64,000 bases of DNA from Piromyces finnis finn. Lineage: Eukaryota > Fungi > Neocallimastigomycota. The notes below the pieces were generated by a model. That model was given only the letters and a program-made list of their open reading frames with translations, was not told where the DNA came from and did not search any database. Shown here one piece after another: positions 51,246 through 64,000 of the stretch (position 1 is its first letter; each line of letters starts with the position of its first letter). Position numbers and translations under genes: made by a program. Where the stretch lies: the NCBI GenBank assembly GCA_002104945.1, contig MCFH01000040.1, forward strand, positions 1 to 64,000, in the 5' to 3' direction.

Positions 51246-53224
51246 TTATGGTCTGTTATCATAGGCATAAATAGAAGCAATCGAAACAACATTTCTTTTT
51301 AATTGTCTCCAAGCCCTTGGTGCCTTAAGTAATCCTTTTCCATAGGTTTCAAAAGCATCATACATATGATAAAATGGGAATTCAAATTTTCCTAATGTTG
51401 GAATCATTGAAATTTTTCCATTATTAAGTTTAATGTATTGCATAGCATTATTTTTTTTGTATTCACCTAATTTAATATTATTCATATCCATTGTGGTATT
51501 ATGAAGGACAGGTATTTTTGAGTCTGAAGTTCTTTTATCTTTTGATTTTTTTTTCATAACTGATTTTGATTTTAATTCATTATCTGGTTTATATTTAGGT
51601 TTAAATTTTAATTCGTTTTTGTTTTTGGTTTCTTGTGTTTGTTGTTTTATTTCAATTTTATTCTCTTTTGGTTTTACTTCCATTTCATTATTTTCTTGAG
51701 TATTAATCTAATATATTTATTTTTTATTGAGTATTTCATATTTTAAATTATTTTCATTGTTTTATTAATTATAAAGTTATTTTTTCATTATATAATTTTA
51801 AAATTAATTAATATTGAGAGTTTTTTTTTTTTTTTTTTTTTAATTTTAATTACTCATTTTCTTTTTCTGTTTACCTTTTTTTTATTAGTAACAACTTTAG
51901 TAGATGATTTTTGTTTAATATTTTTTGATAATTTATTATCTATTAAATTTTCAACAACTTTTGAATGAAGAGATTTTGAAGTATTCATTTTTGATGAATT
52001 TGTTGAAGAATTTTGATTTAATTTATTAAGAGATGGCTTATTATTAACATCAACATGAAGTATTGGCTTCTGTATACATTCTTGATTTATTGCTGTATTG
52101 ATAGGAATTTCTTCTGGTACTGATTCTATTGTTGTTTGTTGTGGCTTTTCTTGGCTAGTATTTTGGGAAGTAGTAGTAATATCATTATCATTGTGAATAA
52201 ATTTGGCGTATAAGGAAGAAACTCTTTTTGGATGAGTAATAGTCTTCTTAAATACAAATGGTGCATGTTTTTTAGCTAAAAGAGAAGAAGCTGAAAGGCA
52301 TTCTTTTTTGTCATTTATTGGAATCCAAGCAATATATTGTTCTAAATCTTCTTTTTGGAAATAATTAAAAGCATCATATAAATGATTAAGAACATTAAAT
52401 TGTTCTTCATTTGTTTCATATCTTGTTGGAATTTGTGGTGAATTTAAATATTCATTAATAATATCCTCGATTTTATTGTAATCTACACTTTTCAAGCTTT
52501 CTAAAGATTCAGAACTTAATCTACCAGTATCACTCACAGAAAGAGTTCTTATTATTTCAACTTTAATATTATTATCAATTACTGGTTGAGCATTATTTTG
52601 TAAGAAATTGGTGGTATGAACAGTATCTATTGCTGGTGGAATTATTTTTTCTTGGTGATCTTGATCTTTTTGTTGAATATTTAATTGCATATTCCTTTTT
52701 TTCTTTTGTTCTTTTATTTTATTTTGTCTTTGTTTTAATTCCTTTTTCTTTCTAAGATTACTTTCACTAACAACTTTACGATCTAATAATGGTCTATTCT
52801 TCATAGAAATAATGGAAGCAAAAGAAAGAGTTGTGTGACCTATTGTTTTATAAGCTCTAATGGATGAATTTTCATTTGAAAATTTATGTGTAAAGCCATT
52901 GTATATATTTCCTAACTCATTTAATAATTGAATATTATCATTATTTTTATGATTATTAACAGGTTTAACATTATTCTTTTGAATTTGTGCCGGGAATAAT
53001 TTGTTTGCATACTCTATTCTTTTTGGGCTTTTTAGTGGTCTTTCAATTGCATTTTTAAGGATCTTTTCTTTTGGAAGAATATATAATTTTTGTTGTGATA
53101 TTCTAGTATTTGAATTACTATCAATTCTATTATTTGAAAGTTTTACATTTTTGTTTTGACAAATATCGTTATTAAATTTGTTTTGTACAGTACTAAAAAT
53201 TGATCCCTCTTCTAAATATTTCAT
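51246..53224 (-). CDS. Hypothetical protein (low-complexity, with a compact C-terminal module), 2 exons
   Basis: ORFs 51854-53224 and 51246-51683, linked by a GT-AG intron at ~51858-51712. No family recognised. Confidence 0.65.
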
Positions 53225-53341
53225 TATTAATATATTTTGTATCTATCAATTTTTTTATTAATAAAAAGAAAATAAAAAGAAAAATACAATCAAAATTTAA
53301 TTAATAAAAATAACAATAAAAATTAATTATTTTATTTTGAA

Positions 53342-53384
<43 letters not shown>

Positions 53385-54464
53385 TGTTTGTATAATGTAA
53401 TGTCTTATCCTTTATCATTATAAAACAAATTAAAAATATAAAAAATAATTATTTTATTGTTTTGAAATATAATACATTAAATTTAACATAATTTATCCAT
53501 TTTATTATAATTGTATTATTAATAATATTTCATATATTTTAATTTTTTCATAAGGTTATTAATTTTTTTATAAAACAATAACAAAACAAAACACTTTAAA
53601 TATAAGAAATAAACTTTATATTTTTTTTCCAGCAATTAAATAAAAAAGCATTACTAATTTTTATTTTTGTAACCAATTAATAATTTATTGTAAGTTTAAT
53701 AAATATTAAATGCATATACATTATAAAATAAAAGAGAGAATAGAAAATTATATATATGCATAATTATACTAGATCAATAATTAAGACATTATTGGTATAG
53801 TAAAAATAGTTAAATTTTTTTTTAAAAGTCAATATTTATTTTATTTTCTTATTTATTTACTTTTATATTTATTATATATTTACTGATTCATTTTTCAACA
53901 ATAATATAACTTTAATATTTAAAGAAACTCATTTAAATATACTTTTTTACATTTTTAATATTTTATTTAACCTATTTGTCAAAATATTTTAATCATAATA
54001 TTTATACTTTGAAAAGAAAAAGAAAGAAGATACATAAGATATAATAAAAATTTAATTAATAAAATCAAATTAACATTTAATTGGGAGAGTATTTGGAATA
54101 CATCATAAGATAATTAAGATAATATTATTAATACTATATATATGCATGGGAATTATACTATACACTAATTAATTTATTTGTTAAATGTTAAGCTGTTTTC
54201 ATTTTAACCATAAAACATTTATTTATTTCAACTTTAAAATTTTATTTAAAAATATAAATATATATTTGTAATAAATATGTATTATACATATGTTATAAAC
54301 AAGATTAATTATATACAAAAAGGCTTTTTGTTTTTTATTTATTTTAATACAATTCTTTATTATAGTTGATTCATTCATTAATGATTTAAATTATTCATAT
54401 ATTTTTACAATTATTATTATTATTACTACTACTATTATTATTATTATAGCAATTTAATTAAAAA

Positions 54465-56352
<1,888 letters not shown>

Positions 56353-57753
56353 TTTTCCTTGTAATTATTATTTATTTTACAAGTATAATTATATATATAT
56401 TTTGAATAAAAAATAAAAATGTATATAAAAGATTATTTTTATGATTAATTAAAAAAAAAGGTGTATATTATGACTTTTTAATAAAATGTTATAAATGCTT
56501 TTATTTCTATTATAAAATTTAATGATATAAAAAAGGAATAAGAAAAAAAAAATATTGTATATATAAAAAGAATACTTTATATTAATTAATAAATTTTAAT
56601 ATATATGTTAATTATGAATATTCTAAAAAGTTTTCCTTTTTAATTAATAATAGATGGAAAAGTAACAACAACACTTTGTGGAGGACATTGAATTTTATTG
56701 GTGTATTAGTTTACTTATAGAAAAGAAGGTTATTAAAATAAAACCAGTATTAGTTATAATATTTAAAAGTTTCTTTTTTGCAAATAGAAGTGTTATCAAT
56801 TGAATATCAAACATTCCAATATGAGTTTTATACTGACTGATAAAAAATATATTTATATTCAAAGGGAATAAATATATATTTTGCTAGTGTATTTACAATA
56901 GTATTAATGTAAAAAAAAAAAAAAAGACTTTCATAATATTAACTTGTAATGGCTTTAAATATGAATATTTTATATATAATAATAATAATAACATAACATA
57001 CACATTAATAATTTTTTATTAAATTTATTTCTTTATCAATCATCCAGGGTACCTATATAAAGGCAATCACTTACTTTAATTACTAATTACTACCATACCA
57101 TATCCAATTTCCAAAGATAAGTTATTGTCAATATTAAAAAATAATAATAATAATAAACTATATTATATATATTATAGTTTAGTTATTTCTTTGTAAATAG
57201 AATTTATTTTATTATTTATTATTAATTGTATTATATATAATTATTAGTAAAATATAAAAAGTCAAAAGAATTTTATTAAAATTATACCCATGATAATAAT
57301 CAAACTTGGTTAAAAACCCTTTTTTTAAATATATAACTTTTATAAAAGCTAAATAATATTCATTTTTAAAAAATATATATATTTTTATCTCCATACTTTG
57401 AATTTAATATTAAATTCATTATCTGTTTATAAATATAAAAGAAATAAATAAATATTAAAGATAAATAAAAATAAAAAATAATTAAAAAGAATTAATAATA
57501 ATAATTGCTAATAAAAATGTTATGAGGTAACTTAAATATTACTTTATATAATAATATATATAATATATACTGTACATTATATGTATTATATATATTATAT
57601 ATTGTAATATTGTAATTTCTAACTTTAAAGTATTATTTACATGATATAGATTGTATTCGCATTATATAAAAATGTAATTATTATAATAAATAAAATATGA
57701 TAAAATAAATAAATATAACTCTAAATTCTAGTCATCATCTATTTCTTTTTTAA

Positions 57754-60700
57754 TTAATATATTGTTAAAGATTCGGAATTTGAGGTAATTGAGGATGAAG
57801 AAATTTCTGTATTTTTCATATTTGATATTGTTTTTGGTTGGTTAAATAAATTGGTTAAACCTTTACTATTAGTTATATCTCTACTTTCCTCAGGATCTAT
57901 TTTAATAGTATCACCTCTACTTTTATCACTTCCTTCTTCACTATTGGATGATTTAACAGTATTATATTTTTGATTATATAAATCCATAATGTTGTTTTGA
58001 CGATTATAGAAATTTTCAACTTTTATACTAAGTGGAGTTGTTTCTTGCTTTGTATCATATCTACTTATAATAGTATCAATTGAGGTTAGATTTTCATTCA
58101 TTTTAGATAAATATTTATTAAATTCGCTTCCAATATTATATGTATGAATGGTTTTGTTGGAATTAAGTGGATCTTGAAAATCAAAAACCTTATTTTTAAC
58201 AACATCGGATGGTTTAATATTCCAAAATTTTACATTATTACTCTCATTACCCTTGGTAGTATTATATCTTAGATCATGACTATGACTACGCTTTAATTTT
58301 GAATTTTTATTATTTCTGGGATTATTATCATCATTTTTACTAAATTCTTTAACATTAGTAATATCTATACAATTATTATTCCTAGGATAATTATTATCAC
58401 CACTATCATCATTGAGATTGTTTTCTTTGCTAATGTTTAGTTTTTTCATAAAGTTTTGAAGATTTGAAGAATTATTAATGGTATCATGAGAGAATTCATC
58501 ATCATCATCATTATTATTTTTAATATTATATGGTAATGGCATTTCATTTACTGCTCTAAATTCACCACAGTTATTGGTATGTTCATTTTCCATACGGAAG
58601 AAATTCCATTGAAAACGTCTATAATAATTATTTATTAAATTATCAAAAAAAAATTATTAAATATTTATATTGTTTATTTTGTCATTTTCTTTTAATATGA
58701 TCTATGATTATTTATTTACCTAAGTACTTCAATAAAAGCTGATGCATAAGCAACAATATTACCATTCTTGATTAATCCCCAATAATTTGGAGAAACAGTA
58801 AATAACCAGACAGCTCTTAAGAATAAATTTGATATCATTACATAATAATATGTCTATTAAAATTAATGTAGATATAATGATATTATTATATTATTATTTA
58901 TTAAAAAAAATATAAAGTATTAATAAAAATTATAATTAATCAATATTTATTAATAATATTTTTTTTTTTTAATTAATGCTTATAGTAAAAAAAAAAAAAA
59001 TTAAAAATCTTACCCAAGTTGGAAATATTAAATCATCTCTTAAAAATTTATTTTTGCTATTTTTTTTGAAAAAACCCCAATCCATTTTTACATCCCATGT
59101 ATAACTGTAAGAGGTTGACATAAGCATAGATAAAATCCATATTATTCTTAAATATAAATGACCTTTATATATTAAAATTTAATATAAAAATATTAATTTT
59201 TTTTTTCATTTTAAAAACTATTATGATAAATATGTATTATAGCATATACATTACCATTAACTCTTGATAATGTACCCAAAAGAATACTAATAATACCAAC
59301 TATATATTTTCCTGCATTAAGCAAATGTGGATTTGCATGATGAGTATTATAATATCTTCTTAAACATTGTAAGAAACGAATCCAACCAGGAACTACTGTT
59401 ACAATTGAAATAAACCATGATTTTGAGGAATTACATTTATACTCTAAATATTATTCCAATAATAGATAAAAATAAAGTTTAATATTTTAAAAAAAAATTA
59501 ATTTCATACCCAATAAATATTATGAAAAAAATATTTTTTATATATACCCATAGTTTTATAATTATTATATTCAGCACAAATCAAAATTTCAATAACTGTA
59601 AATATATAAGAAATACTCATAAATTGATCCCCTAAGAAGAAATCAGCAAATCTTACATAATAAAATGGAGCACAAATTAATCTTACCTAATTTTATTGAT
59701 ATATTTAAAATTTAAAGATTGTGAAGATAATTAATAAAAAAAGTATTATAAGTTTGAGAATAAAATTATATAGCTTACAATAATTTTTAAAATCCAAGCT
59801 CTTGCTTGAGGATAGAAAATTTTGAATGGAAGAAACAGTAAACAAATATATATAAATATTAAAATCACTGGATATAAATGTGGTTCTATTACACCGGAAA
59901 AGTAATCTGTTACCGCAAAGAATACAAAATATATCCACAATACAAAAAGGAAACAAGAAATCTATTTTGAATTTATATAATAATTGAATAATATTAGAAA
60001 TCTATATATATTTTTTTTTCTTATTGATTAATAGAATTGAATTTCACACCTCTATAAATTGCCATGGGGATAAATGTTTTCTTGAGTCAAATTCAAAAAT
60101 AAAGACATAGTTGATTTTATATTTTTTCCATACAATTAAATTTAAACCGAATAATAATAAAAATATAATGGGTAAACTAAAATTATCCATATATATTATA
60201 AATATTAATATATTTTCATACATTTCTTATTATAAATTTATTATTTTATAAATATATATATCCCACCTTAAACCACCAAAAATTTGAAGGATAATTTCAA
60301 TATTTTCAATTTGATTTGATTTTTTTACAACTTTTTTTTTTTTTTTTAAAAAAATAATTATTAAATGAGTTATATAGAATCAATGTTTGTATTATATTTT
60401 TTTATACTTACAATGAGATATTATACCAAATATAATTGGTAATGAAAGACCTAAACAAAATCCTGCCCTCCAAATTACGCTATGTTGCTCCTATTTATCG
60501 AGGAAATTTTAATAAAATAATTATTAAAAAAAATGATTTTTTTTTTTTTTCAATTTTTATATCACATTTTTCATTTTTTTAAATTCACATATTAACTAAT
60601 ATTTACATTATTTGTTTCATCTGGTAATCTTAAATCATCCATACCAGCATTTCTATTTCCATTTCTAAAGGTTTTAATATATATATTCTTTAAAAAAAAA

Positions 60701-60889
60701 AATATTTAATTTTGCTTATATTAAAAAAAAAAAATATTATTTCATAAAGGATATAAAATTATATAAGATGAGGAATAAACCTACTTCTGTTTGTTTTATA
60801 ACTTTATCTAAAATTTTCGATGTATGAAAATGAGAATTATCGACTTTATCTATATATATTTCTGTGTAATTTCTTTTCATAGTCTTTAA

Positions 60890-60927
<38 letters not shown>

Positions 60928-61056
60928 ATTAAATATATTTTTTAATTTTAATATTTTTTGATATGATTCTTAAATATTTACCTTATCATATTTCTTTAAT
61001 ATCTTTTATATAGAGAAAATTAATATTTTCAATAATTATTACGGTAATCATTAGTT

Positions 61057-61125
<69 letters not shown>

Positions 61126-62161
61126 GTAATAATAGCTTAGAATTATATATATTTCTCTTTTTTACCTTTACAAAACCAGTATAGTTTAGAATCTATTAAT
61201 TTATTTCAAAAATGTTAACTAACAAATATTATATTTATAATATTATAAATATTCTCATAAAATGATAAAGTATTAAAAAATTTATTACCTTGTAATTTTT
61301 TAACAAAAACATTTCACGATATAATTCTAGTAAAGCATTTTTTAATTTCGCTTTTGCTTTTTTACTTTTAAATTTAATGTCATTGTATATCGAAGGATCT
61401 GAACCTTCTAAATCTTTAGAATAATTTTCTTTTTTCTTATGTGAAAAAACACCTATAAAGGCATCTATTGGTTTATACTTTTTTTTTTTTTTAGAAATAT
61501 TATTTATTAATAAAGTACAAAACTTTTGGATACTATGATATTATAATATTTAATAATAAAAAAATTTTATATAATACATTACTTGAGTTTTTTTAATTTC
61601 GGTATTATTATTAGAATAAATTTCTATTTGTTGAACAATTAAAACAAGTTTATTGACAATTTCAATTTCCCTTTCTTTTTTTTTTTAAAAAAAAAAATTT
61701 TATAGGTATACATTTTAAAAATTATTTTATTAAAATTTAATTTTGTTATTAACATTATTGTTATTATTATACTTATATATATACCTGCATAAAAATTGTT
61801 AATTTTTTCTAATTGCATATCTAATGAATTTTTAAATTCTATTTCCTCAGGCAATTCATACAAAATATTGGCACTTGAAGTATGAATTAATTTTGCTGGA
61901 CCTTTTAAATTTACATTTGAATTCTCAAGGTCATTTAAAACTCTTTGCTTTGAAATGTTTATTCTTTTAATTGACTTTTTCAGAATTTTATAGTCAATAT
62001 ATTTTTTCCTCCATTCCGGCACACTTTGGTGCAATAATGTCTATTAGTGTTCCAAATGTATAAAATATAATAATGATAATTGAAATAAAAAAAAGATAAA
62101 TGAATAAAGTAAATTTATAATATTTAAAATTATTTAATGAATTTACTTGTCCAAATTTCAT
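57754..62161 (-). CDS. SYG1: SPX-EXS domain phosphate exporter/signalling protein (SYG1/XPR1/PHO1 family)
   Basis: SPX start MKFGQ|[22 protein letters not shown] and [11 protein letters not shown] motifs [41 protein letters not shown] and [26 protein letters not shown]. Asn-rich tail. Confidence 0.93.
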
Positions 62162-64000
62162 TTTTATTATTATTATTATTATGTTGAAATCTTTAACTAA
62201 TAATAATAATAATAATTGGTTATAAAACTTCTTTATTAAATATTGAAATTATAATTCTTTTATAAAATGTAAAAAGTAATTTAATTTTTATATTCTTTTT
62301 TTATATTTTATTAATAAAAAATAAAAATGCCATTTTTATATATTAATTTTTTTATTATTAATTTTAATATAAAAAAAAAAAATAAAAAAGCTTATTCCAT
62401 AAAAAAAAAACAATTATACATAATTTATTAATAGATCAAAATTATCATGGCAATTTATATATAATTAATAATAAAATAAAATAAAAACTTTAATTTTTTT
62501 TTACTATTGGCAAAGCCTAAAATTTATAGTAAAAATCTGCCATACCCACCAACTACCATTACAAATTTACAAATGTTATCATGGAATAATCACTATATTT
62601 GTAAAGGTTAAAATGCCAGGAATTTAAAACATGCCTTTTCCCTAAATGATTATGGGTATTTTTTTAGATTTTCCATTTTTACCGTACCTTCATTTTTTTT
62701 GATATCAAGATAAAAAAATTAATATTAAGATTTAATTTATATTAAAATTGACTTTAATATATTTTATTATTTTTAAATTTTTATATTATTTATATAGAAT
62801 TAATGATTTTTAAATATATAAAAATATAAAGTAATATACAGTTAATTTATTTTAACATGTCAATAGTATTAATTATTGTTTGTTTTTTTTTAAAAAAAAA
62901 ATTTCTGTTTTTTCATAACAATTCATTTTACAATATATTAAAATATATAATAATATATATTATTCAATTTGTTTTTTTATATTAAAATATTTAATTAACC
63001 TACCCGAAAAAGGAAATTTGTGGTAGTATTAATAATTCAAAATTCAAAAAAAAAAAATAAATAAAATACAGAATTTAAATTAATAATAAAAATAGAAACT
63101 ATTCGTAATAAACTTGGTATGGCAGGAAAACGTTTTTTTTATATTATTATTAAAACTTTAAATGAACATTTTTTTAATAACAAATTAAAAGAATGGAAGG
63201 GAGGAAGACTTTTAACGGCTATAGAATGGGATTGAGTTATTTTTTAATAGAAAAACATATTTTTTAAAATTTATTTTAGATATTCTATTGAAAAATGTGT
63301 AATTTTTATATAGAAATATTTTTACAAAAATAATATTGAAAAAAAATTAATTTTTATATGGAAATATTTTTACAAAAATAAAAGCTATTTTGCATTTTAT
63401 TAGCTTTTATGTTTATTTTTTATTGTAATTTTAAATAATATAAATAATAATGAAAATATGCAATCCCTATTTTATATATATAAAAAGTAAAAAATATTTC
63501 CTATATTATAATGCATTTATATATATCTTTAACAAATATGAAATGAATATACTAATATATTCTAATACATTTGAAATTTAGAATATACTATTCTTTTTTT
63601 TTCAACATTACAAAGAAATATATCACAAAATGCATTTCATCATTTCTACTCTATTTTTTTATTACATAAATGTAATTTCTTTGTGGCTTTTATTTCCTTT
63701 AAAATGTTTTTTTTTTTTTTTTTTACAAACTATGAATAGGTATAATGAATTTTTTATAAAAATTCATTACAACTATTCTACTATATTTATGTAATGTTAT
63801 TTTTTATAAAAATAAAAAATAACATTACATAAAAACTTTTTAAAAAGATTACTCATACTTTTCAAACACACTTTAAATCTTTATTAATTATTTATAAAAT
63901 ATTAGCATTTAAAAATTAAAACTTTAATAATTATCAATATTAATATTTTAAACTTTAACATTAAACAATAGAAATACAGAAATACATATATTAAAAAAAA

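Noticed and set aside
57040-57394. ORF 57212-57394 and a slightly GC-richer patch at ~57040-57130
   Set aside because: No motif and no in-frame link to SPX-EXS; probably UTR or intergenic sequence.

Overview
Extremely AT-rich, intron-rich eukaryotic DNA with long homopolymer runs and (AAT)n microsatellites. Gene content includes flagellar DRC10/IQCD and DYNC2LI1, fungal CHS5, and a beta-helix/EGF/7TM receptor. Together with the composition, this points to an anaerobic gut fungus (Neocallimastigomycota); this is inference, not a database match. I reconstructed 16 protein-coding genes by hand from GT-AG splice sites, in order: LRR membrane protein (runs off the left edge), giant class C-like GPCR, alpha/beta-hydrolase::tyrosine-phosphatase fusion, C7orf25/DUF1308 homolog, DRC10, intronless membrane-anchored acidic F-box-like protein, TatD, otubain, RUN-domain protein, DYNC2LI1, armadillo-repeat protein with a split SOCS box, IWS1, CHS5, a hypothetical protein, ZFAND1-like protein and SPX-EXS (SYG1/XPR1) protein. 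Most ORF-track entries are exon fragments, antisense shadows or microsatellite artefacts. I saw no rRNA, tRNA, CRISPR array or intact transposon. Best leads: (1) a signal-anchored F-box-like protein with tandem DDDGEW and KRQSL motifs; (2) an ARM protein whose BC-box and cullin-box are about 250 aa apart; (3) a hydrolase-phosphatase fusion whose junction lies inside one exon; (4) several frame-supported introns ending in poly(A)-G rather than a pyrimidine tract. Gene ends are manual estimates and domain calls come from motif recognition only.
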